32,226 nt of DNA. Source: Phycisphaerae bacterium (GTDB lineage Bacteria; Planctomycetota; Phycisphaerae; SM23-33). The stretch's first letter is position 1. Every line of letters begins with the position of its first letter. Under the pieces are notes generated by a model. The model was not told where the DNA came from. It worked only from the letters and a program-made list of their open reading frames with translations, and made no database searches. Where the stretch lies: positions 1 to 32,226 of the forward strand of contig JBEKZI010000017.1 in NCBI GenBank assembly GCA_049510055.1. Direction: 5' to 3'. This document shows, one piece after another, positions 25,628 through 32,226 of this stretch. A program made the translations under genes and the position numbers.

Positions 25628-25841
25628 ATTTCACACCGCCACGTCGGAACTCCAGGGCGGGGGCACCAAAACCGGGGCGGAAAAATGTTGCACAACAGGG
25701 GCCGTCAGAGACAATCAAGGGTCCCGGACCTGCCACCGTCGTGGGGCACGGTCTCGGGAAGGCATTTCCGATGGGGAGTCGGTTTGGGACGACAAGTCCG
25801 ACCCAACCTCCGCTAAGGAAGCAAGCAAAAAGGAGCTTGGC

Positions 25842-27839
25842 ATGACGGCGGCAATGATTGCGTACCTCCTGGGCGCGGTGGTGGTGATCTTGGTTCTGCC
25901 CTCCATTCGCATGATCGGGCCGACGCAGATCGGCCTGGTGCTGAAGCGTTTTTCGTTCAAGAAGCTTTCCGAAGACAACCCCATCGCCTTCCAGGGCGAG
26001 CCCGGTTATCAGGCGGAGTTGCTGATGCCCGGCTTTCGCTTCAAGTTCTGGATTCTGTACAAGGTGGAGAAGCACTCCTGGGTGCAGATACCGGCCGGGC
26101 AGATCGGCGTGGTCATCAGCCAGATCGGCGCGGCCTTGCCCGTCGGCGCCAAATCCGCCGTCTACAAGCCGGAATTCGGCAACTTCACGCATTTGAAGAC
26201 CTTTGTCGAGCAGGGCGGCCAGAAGGGCGTTCAGCGGCCGGTGCTTCCCCCTGGAACGTTGGCGCCGATTCATCCGGTGGGCTTCTTGGTCATCACCCAG
26301 ACCCGCGCCTATGGGATACCGGTTTCCACGGAGTTGAAACGATACGCCACCGAACACGGGGGCACGCTGGACCCGGCCGTCTTCGGCCTGGCCCCCGAGC
26401 AACTGTCGGTCACCCGCATTGAGCCGTTCCAGGGAGTGCAGGACGCCAAGGGGAAAATGCTCGACACGATCGGCATCGTCACCGTCTTTGAAGGCGACCC
26501 TCTGCCCGCCGGCGACATTGCCAGCCGGATAGGCGGATTCAAGGACATCGAGGACCTGGAGAAATCCGGCGGGGGCGGTCCGATGGCGATCGAGAAAATC
26601 CTGGGCATGAAAAACGAAATTCACAACAACTACCAGGATTTCCAAAAGTTCCTCGACGCCGGCGGAAAGATCGGCCTCCAGCACGATCCGCTGCTGTACG
26701 GCGCCTACAACCTCAATCCGTTCCTGGTGGGCGTGGAGACCGTGCCCATGCTGGTGGTCCAGCAGGGCGAGGTAGCGGTCATCAAGGCCTATGTCGGACT
26801 GCCCAGCGAGGATGTTTCCGGGCTGGAGTTCAAGTTCGGCACGCTGGTGAAGCCCGGCCATCGCGGCATCTGGGAAGAACCCCTGCGGACGGGCAAGTAT
26901 CCGATCAACCCGCGGTGCTATCAGGCGGAGATCGTTCCGACGTTCATCCTGACGCTCAGTTGGGCGGATGCGACGAGCCGCGCCCATCAGCTCGACGCGG
27001 AACTGAAGCCCATCGACGCCAAGAGCCGAGAAGGCTTCATCTTCCATATCGACCTCCAGGTGCAGATCCACGTGCCGGACACCAAGGCCCCGCGGGTCAT
27101 CTCCATCGTCGGCACCATGCAGAATCTGGTCAGCGAGGTCCTTCAGGCGGCCGTGGGCAACCACTTCCGCGACAAGTTGCAGAGCCTGCCGGCGGTCCGG
27201 TTCATCGAGACCCGCCAGGAAGTCCAGCGCGAGGCCTTCGAGCACATCAAGAGCCAGTTGAACCAGTACGAGGTGGAGACCAAGGGCGTCTACATTCAGG
27301 ACGTCGTCCTGCCGGCGCAATTGGTGGAGGTCCTGACGCAGCGGGAAATCGCCAACCAGCGGATCGAGACGCTCAAGAAGCAGCAGCAGGCGGAAGGCCA
27401 GCGCATTTCGATGGAAAAGACCAAGGGCCAGGCGGACATGCAGGCCCAGTTGGCCAGTTCCGAAGTGCAAATTTCCATCAAGGAGAACAACGCCAAGGCC
27501 CGCAAGGCCGAGGCGGACGGCGAGGCGGCGTACATCCAGCAGACGGGAACCGCCAAGGGCGCCGAGGTGCGGGCCGTCGGCCTGGCCCGCGCCGAGGGCT
27601 ACCGGGCGCAGGTGGAGGCCCTGGGCTCCGTGCCCACGGCGGTGGTCAACGCCGTCACGGCGCTGTCGGACAAGAACCTCAAATTCGTGCCGGAGATCCT
27701 CGTGACCGGCGGCAGCGGCGCCGGCGCCGTCGAGGGGTTGGCGGCCGCGTTGATGCGGTACCTCAACCCCGGCAAGGCGCCGGCGGATTCCAAAGAAGAA
27801 AAGGCCGCTCTACCTGCCGGCAAGGCCGAGAAGAAATAA
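25842..27839 (+). CDS. Flotillin / SPFH (band-7) family membrane protein
   Basis: N-terminal TM helix MTAAMIAYLLGAVVVILVLP. SPFH domain followed by a long flotillin-type coiled-coil with an EA/Q-rich region. AAAAGGAG Shine-Dalgarno. The track ORF begins 99 codons upstream in non-coding leader. Confidence 0.8.
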   Translation: MTAAMIAYLLGAVVVILVLPSIRMIGPTQIGLVLKRFSFKKLSEDNPIAFQGEPGYQAELLMPGFRFKFWILYKVEKHSWVQIPAGQIGVVISQIGAALPVGAKSAVYKPEFGNFTHLKTFVEQGGQKGVQRPVLPPGTLAPIHPVGFLVITQTRAYGIPVSTELKRYATEHGGTLDPAVFGLAPEQLSVTRIEPFQGVQDAKGKMLDTIGIVTVFEGDPLPAGDIASRIGGFKDIEDLEKSGGGGPMAIEKILGMKNEIHNNYQDFQKFLDAGGKIGLQHDPLLYGAYNLNPFLVGVETVPMLVVQQGEVAVIKAYVGLPSEDVSGLEFKFGTLVKPGHRGIWEEPLRTGKYPINPRCYQAEIVPTFILTLSWADATSRAHQLDAELKPIDAKSREGFIFHIDLQVQIHVPDTKAPRVISIVGTMQNLVSEVLQAAVGNHFRDKLQSLPAVRFIETRQEVQREAFEHIKSQLNQYEVETKGVYIQDVVLPAQLVEVLTQREIANQRIETLKKQQQAEGQRISMEKTKGQADMQAQLASSEVQISIKENNAKARKAEADGEAAYIQQTGTAKGAEVRAVGLARAEGYRAQVEALGSVPTAVVNAVTALSDKNLKFVPEILVTGGSGAGAVEGLAAALMRYLNPGKAPADSKEEKAALPAGKAEKK

Positions 27840-27879
27840 GGCCGCCGGTGCAGGCTTGATGGGGCGGTTTAACCGCTAG

Positions 27880-27912
27880 GGCACGCAGTTCCGTTTATCG
27901 GAACTGCGTGCC
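27880..27912. terminator. Perfect 14-bp hairpin (GGCACGCAGTTCCG-tttat-CGGAACTGCGTGCC) between the convergent flotillin and lipoprotein genes
   Basis: The inverted repeat was read from the sequence. The U-tract is weak on both strands. Confidence 0.5.
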
Positions 27913-27926
27913 CCCCGAAGCGGATG

Positions 27927-28328
27927 CTAAGGAGCGACGACTTTCACGTTGAATTCCGTCGAGGTCTCCTCGCCGGTTTCCGGCGTTCCCTTCACGTAGA
28001 TCTTATATTCACCGAGGTTGGCGTTCTTGCCCGCCGTAATCCGCAGAGGCACACGTGGCGTTTCGCTCGCTTTGACCAGAACTTCGGTCGGCGACACGCT
28101 GATGCCTTCGGAGGCTTTAATGTGCAGCTTCACGTCCTGCTTGAAATACTCGCCTCGATGAAGCGAAATGGTGACATCTTTGGTTTCACCCTGTTTAAGC
28201 TCCTCGCCGAAGGTCGGAACGGCGATTTTGAATCCCTCCTCTTTGGCCATGCCCCCACCCCGGGGGCTCGTGCAGCCGTAGGCGACTGTTAAAGCCAGCA
28301 CCATCCCAATCACGATTCCGATTCTCAT
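27927..28328 (-). CDS. Lipoprotein, hypothetical (133 aa)
   Basis: Signal peptide plus lipobox MRIGIVIGMVLALTVAYGC. The mature part is beta-strand-rich and Lys/Glu/Thr-rich. Confidence 0.6.
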   Translation of the reverse strand: MRIGIVIGMVLALTVAYGCTSPRGGGMAKEEGFKIAVPTFGEELKQGETKDVTISLHRGEYFKQDVKLHIKASEGISVSPTEVLVKASETPRVPLRITAGKNANLGEYKIYVKGTPETGEETSTEFNVKVVAP

Positions 28329-28572
28329 AGCCGTTTCCTTTCGTAAAAATGGACCGTGTTCCTAAAGCCGCCGTATCAATATCTGTTCCTCTAAACGCTG
28401 CTTGCATCCAAATTGTAGGCACGCAGGAAACGAAACGAGGAAATTGCGGACCCTCCCTGTTTCCTGTCTGATATGAATGTTCCCGCAGTACCCCCCGGCT
28501 GGGCAGTTGAGAGACGGGGTATCGGGTGGCTACCATGGGGAAGCACCGAATTCTCATAAGGAGGTATCATAA

Positions 28573-29556
28573 ATGCAGACGCGCAAACTGGGCAAGGACC
28601 TTGTCGTCTCCGCCATGGGCTTAGGCTGCATGGGCATGAGCGAGTTCTACGGGGCCTCCGACGAGGCGGAGTCCATTGCCGTCATCCACCGGGCGTTGGA
28701 CGCCGGGGTGACGCTGCTGGACACGGCCGACATGTACGGCCCCTTCACCAACGAACGCCTGGTGGGCAAGGCCCTGCGGGGGCGGCGGGCCGGGGTGGTG
28801 CTGGCGACCAAGTTCGGCAACGTCCGCGGGCCCAAGGGCGAATTCCTGAAGGTCGACGGGCGGCCCGAATACGTCCGCCAGGCCTGCGAGGCGAGCCTGA
28901 AGCGCCTCAACGTCGAAACCATCGACCTGTACTACCAGCACCGGGTCGATCCGGACACGCCCATCGAGGACACCGTCGGCGCGATGGCGGAGCTGGTGCG
29001 GGCGGGCAAGGTCCGCTATCTGGGCCTTTCCGAGGCCGCCCCCGCCACGCTGCGCCGCGCCTGCGCCGTCCACCCCATCGCAGCGTTGCAGACCGAGTAC
29101 TCGCTGTGGACCCGCGATCCGGAGGGCCCGGTCCTGGATACCTGCCGCGAGTTGGGGGTGGGTTTCGTCGCCTACAGCCCGCTGGGGCGGGGCTTCCTCA
29201 CCGCCCGGTTCAAGAAACCGCAGGATTTTTCGGACAGCGACTTCCGCCACACGCATCCGCGATTCCAGGGTGAGAACCTCCAGCGCAACCTGCGCCTGGC
29301 CGAGGCCGTGGAACGCATGGCCCGCGAGAAAGGCTGCACGCCGGCCCAGCTGGCCCTGGCCTGGGTGCTGGGGCGGGGCGAGGATATCGTCCCCATTCCG
29401 GGGACCAAGCATCTTCGCTACCTGGAGGAGAATCTGGCGGCACTAGAGATTCGCCTGACGGCCGAGGAACTTGGCCGCCTGGATGAAGCCTTTCCGCCCG
29501 GTGCGGCCGCCGGCGATCGCTACCATCCCCACGGCATGCGGGCCATCAACCGCTGA
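28573..29556 (+). CDS. Aldo/keto reductase (Tas/YajO-like NADP-dependent oxidoreductase)
   Basis: [27 protein letters not shown] ... [13 protein letters not shown] ... [11 protein letters not shown]. Strong AAGGAGGT Shine-Dalgarno. Confidence 0.88.
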   Translation: MQTRKLGKDLVVSAMGLGCMGMSEFYGASDEAESIAVIHRALDAGVTLLDTADMYGPFTNERLVGKALRGRRAGVVLATKFGNVRGPKGEFLKVDGRPEYVRQACEASLKRLNVETIDLYYQHRVDPDTPIEDTVGAMAELVRAGKVRYLGLSEAAPATLRRACAVHPIAALQTEYSLWTRDPEGPVLDTCRELGVGFVAYSPLGRGFLTARFKKPQDFSDSDFRHTHPRFQGENLQRNLRLAEAVERMAREKGCTPAQLALAWVLGRGEDIVPIPGTKHLRYLEENLAALEIRLTAEELGRLDEAFPPGAAAGDRYHPHGMRAINR

Positions 29557-29678
29557 GGCCTGCCTGCCTGCCGGCAGGCAGGGCGGATTGCGGTGACAAG
29601 CGCCGTGCGGCGCGGCACAATGAAAAAGCCGGTCGGCATCGGCCACCGGCCGTCGAAAAAATAACCCGGGAGGTTGTC

Positions 29679-30962
29679 ATGTCTCCGACGGATCTTGATT
29701 CGGAATTGAGCCGGCGCGTCCGCGATCTGGTGCGCCAGGATTTTGCGCCGCGGTTCGGGGAGCTCCAAGGCCAATGGGCGTCGCATCCGCTGTGGGATCA
29801 GCTCCGGCGGCTCGGCACGGAGCTATGGATCGACACCGGCGACATGGACGCGGCCGCGAAAATCTGGACGCGGGAATTTTCCGCCCTGACCACCAACAAC
29901 ACGCTCCTGAACAAGGAGATTCAAAAGGGCGCCTACGACGGCCTGATGGTTGAGGCCGCCAAGCTGCTGAAGGACTTCCCCCGCCTGACCGAGCGCGATC
30001 GGCGACTGGAGATGGCCTTCATTCTGAACGCCCGGCACGGCCTGCGGCTGGTGGAGCGGTTCGACGCGTACGTCTCCGTCGAGGAGCACACCGACCTGGC
30101 CATGGACGTCGAGGCGGCCGTGGCATACGCCCGGCGGTACTATGCGATATGTCCCCAGCGCTTCATCGTGAAGATTCCCTTCACGGCGGCCGGCCTGCTG
30201 GCCACGCGAAAACTGGCGGCCGAGGGAATTCCCGTCAACCACACGCTGGGTTTCTCGGCCCGCCAGAATTACGTGATTACCCTCATCGGCCGCCCGCAGT
30301 ACGTCAACGTGTTCCTGGGCCGGCTGAACAGCTTCGTCGCCGACAACAAGCTGGGCGACGGCCTATACGTCGGCGAGAAGGCGACGCTGGCCTCCCAGGC
30401 CGCGGTCCGCCGGCTTCGAAAGGCCAAGGGAACACCGACGCGCCAGATTGCCGCCAGCTTTCGCCAGGGCCGGCAGGTGGGGGACTTGGCCGGCGTGGAC
30501 GTGATGACCATCCCGCCCAATGTCGCCGCGGAGTTTCGCGACGCGGCCGGCGATCCCCAAAAAGTTCAGGATTGCACGGGACGCCAGTACGCCCCGAAGT
30601 TCGCTCCCCAGGCCGCCACGGCGGGATTGAACACGCTGTGGGACGTGGAGGACAAGCTCGTCGCCGCCGCCGAGGCGCTCCAGCAGGAGGACCTGGAGCA
30701 CTTCACGCCCCAGGAGCTGATTCAGTTCTTTGCTCACCATGGCTGCGGGGATTTCCTGGTCGATTGGACGACGCAGCAGCGGGCGACCAGCGCCAAGGAA
30801 GGCAAGATCCCCCGCCTGGAGAATTGGAAGGACCTCCTGGCCGGCGGGCGCATCGGCCTAGACGCCCTGATCAATCTGGGCGGCCTGAGCAGCTTCACCG
30901 CCGACCAAAATGATATGGACCGCCGCGTCGCGGATGTCCTGAAAACGAGAAAATCGTCCTAG
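29679..30962 (+). CDS. Transaldolase-family protein (long form)
   Basis: ELWIDTGD aspartate motif. The VKIPFTAAG Schiff-base lysine motif follows. GGAGG Shine-Dalgarno. 427 aa. Confidence 0.75.
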   Translation: MSPTDLDSELSRRVRDLVRQDFAPRFGELQGQWASHPLWDQLRRLGTELWIDTGDMDAAAKIWTREFSALTTNNTLLNKEIQKGAYDGLMVEAAKLLKDFPRLTERDRRLEMAFILNARHGLRLVERFDAYVSVEEHTDLAMDVEAAVAYARRYYAICPQRFIVKIPFTAAGLLATRKLAAEGIPVNHTLGFSARQNYVITLIGRPQYVNVFLGRLNSFVADNKLGDGLYVGEKATLASQAAVRRLRKAKGTPTRQIAASFRQGRQVGDLAGVDVMTIPPNVAAEFRDAAGDPQKVQDCTGRQYAPKFAPQAATAGLNTLWDVEDKLVAAAEALQQEDLEHFTPQELIQFFAHHGCGDFLVDWTTQQRATSAKEGKIPRLENWKDLLAGGRIGLDALINLGGLSSFTADQNDMDRRVADVLKTRKSS

Positions 30963-30971
30963 CCGTCGCGG

Positions 30972-31367
30972 TCACGCCACGTGCATTGGCCGGGGCACTG
31001 CCGCGTAGGCCGACAGGATCGCCTGGGCCAGCGGCAGCTTGGCCAGCAGGATAAGGATGTCCGGCAGCATGGACTTCAGCAGCACGGCGTCCCACGTGAC
31101 CGGCCCTTGCCACTGCTGGATTGAAAACCAACCCATGCCCACCACGCCCACCAGCACCAAAGCGGCGTTGAGCAAGTACGCCGCCAAGGCTGTCCGCCGC
31201 CAGAAAAATAGCAGCGGCACCACCACAACGCTCAACGCACAGGAAACCGCCGGTACCGTGTTGAGCGCCTTGGCGGCGGGCGGATGAATCCGAAGGTGCA
31301 GTAGCAGCCCGCCGAGAGAGACCAGGAACATCACCAGGATCAGCATGCGAATTTCTTTTCGGGACAT
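30972..31367 (-). CDS. Small integral membrane protein (131 aa, 4 predicted TM helices)
   Basis: This is the C-terminal portion of the 343-aa track ORF, starting at MSRKEIRMLILVMFLVSLGG with GGGAG upstream. The remaining 5' part of that ORF is low-complexity and overlaps the polyprenyl synthetase gene on the other strand. Confidence 0.5.
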   Translation of the reverse strand: MSRKEIRMLILVMFLVSLGGLLLHLRIHPPAAKALNTVPAVSCALSVVVVPLLFFWRRTALAAYLLNAALVLVGVVGMGWFSIQQWQGPVTWDAVLLKSMLPDILILLAKLPLAQAILSAYAAVPRPMHVA

Positions 31368-31584
31368 GAGGTGACTCCCATAGTTGGAGAAATGACGGGT
31401 TCTTTGCGGCCCATTATAGCACCCGTCCTTGCGGATAGTGGACCCAGCGGCGGGGGCGTTGTCAACCGGCCTAGAATGACACGCGAGGTTTGTGCGGCGG
31501 GCCGGATCTTGCGACGCCTCTTGCGGACGTTCGGCTGAAGGTTTAAGGTGAGTGCGAAACAGGCCCGTCAAGGAGCCCTGCGTC

Positions 31585-32226
31585 ATGGCAAAAAGCGCCG
31601 GCCGCGTCAAGGTTTCCTGGCCTTGGGTTTCCCGGGTGCGGGGATTGATCGTGGAGCAATTCGCGGCGGACGTTTTCCCGATCCTGGAGCCTTCGCAACT
31701 GGAGGCGCTGCTGCCCGGCAAGATGCTGCGGACTCGCCTGGCCGGCCGGTGGATGGAGGCGGGGCTGCCGGCCGATCGGCGGACGGTGGAGGCCTGCTGT
31801 GCGGCCGTCGAGCTGGCGCACACCGGCAGCCTGTGCCACGACGACGTCATCGACGCCGGCCTGATCCGCCGGGCCGCCCCCACGCTGTGGCGGCAGACGG
31901 GCTGCTCGGCGGCCGTGCTGATCGGCGACGTCCTGGTCTGCCGGGCCATCGAACTGGTCCTGTCGGTCGAGGGCGGCCGACACGTGGCCTGCTTCCTGGC
32001 CAAGGTCCGCCAGACGGTGGCCGCCGAGGCCGAGCAGGAGTTGCTCCTTCGGAATCATTCCATCGACGAACCGACCTACCTCCGCCTGGCGCGGGGAAAG
32101 ACCGGGGCGCTGTTTTCATTCGCGGCCAAGGTGTGCGGCGGGGCGGATGAGGCCCTGGCGGCCGCGCTGGAAGAAGCCGGCTACCGCATCGGCACGGCGT
32201 ACCAATTGGCCGACGACCTGCTGGAC
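31585..32226 (+). CDS. Polyprenyl (isoprenyl diphosphate) synthetase, 5' portion (runs off the window)
   Basis: Hand-translated: MAKSAGRVKVSW ... ELAHTGSLCHDDVIDAGLIRR (first DDxxD) ... GKTGALFSFAAK ... YQLADDLLD (second DDxxD). AGGAG Shine-Dalgarno 10 nt upstream. It is not in the ORF track because it is open at the window edge. Confidence 0.8.
   Translation, partial: MAKSAGRVKVSWPWVSRVRGLIVEQFAADVFPILEPSQLEALLPGKMLRTRLAGRWMEAGLPADRRTVEACCAAVELAHTGSLCHDDVIDAGLIRRAAPTLWRQTGCSAAVLIGDVLVCRAIELVLSVEGGRHVACFLAKVRQTVAAEAEQELLLRNHSIDEPTYLRLARGKTGALFSFAAKVCGGADEALAAALEEAGYRIGTAYQLADDLLD

Noticed and set aside
25551-27470. 639-aa minus-strand ORF
   Set aside because: Antisense to the flotillin gene. 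It has a low-complexity Arg/Leu/Gly composition.
30972-32003. 343-aa minus-strand ORF
   Set aside because: Only the C-terminal 131 aa (membrane protein, own Shine-Dalgarno) look real. The N-terminal part is low-complexity and overlaps a well-supported polyprenyl synthetase gene on the plus strand.

Overview
This is a very GC-rich bacterial chromosomal window; the Ala/Pro-rich N-terminal extension on ribosomal protein S9 and the codon usage suggest a Planctomycetota-like organism. Housekeeping genes flank an ~8 kb accessory island. The left side (minus strand) carries argJ, argC, the rplM-rpsI operon, a PPC/DUF296 protein, two tandem aldo/keto-reductase/Fe-S paralogs and csrA. mtnA and a tmRNA gene (ssrA, tag ANPELALAA) follow on the plus strand. 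Immediately downstream of ssrA lies the main finding. An ABC exporter gene on the plus strand is convergent with a minus-strand operon encoding a PqqD-like recognition protein (lasso B1-like), a transglutaminase-like leader peptidase (lasso B2-like) and EIGHT tandem precursor-peptide genes. Five of these are under 40 codons and therefore absent from the ORF track; a decayed ninth copy is also present. The operon continues with an HPr-kinase-like P-loop kinase, a PF14907-type nucleotidyltransferase and a B12-binding radical SAM enzyme. The peptide leaders carry the canonical lasso-leader recognition residues (Tyr-17, Pro-14, Leu-12, Thr-2), but no lasso cyclase (C protein) is encoded. The cores also lack a suitably placed Asp/Glu. 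This looks like a cyclase-less, lasso-derived RiPP pathway, probably undescribed, with hypervariable Gly/Ser/Thr/Pro-rich cores. The right side carries a secreted 828-aa protein, an OmpR-type two-component pair, typA/bipA, a flotillin-family gene, a lipoprotein, another aldo/keto reductase, a transaldolase, a small membrane protein and the 5' part of a polyprenyl synthetase. A conserved ~45-nt element containing the palindrome AATCGCGATT occurs twice, upstream of the secreted-protein gene and of the flotillin gene. Many long ORFs in the track are antisense or off-frame artefacts of the high GC content.
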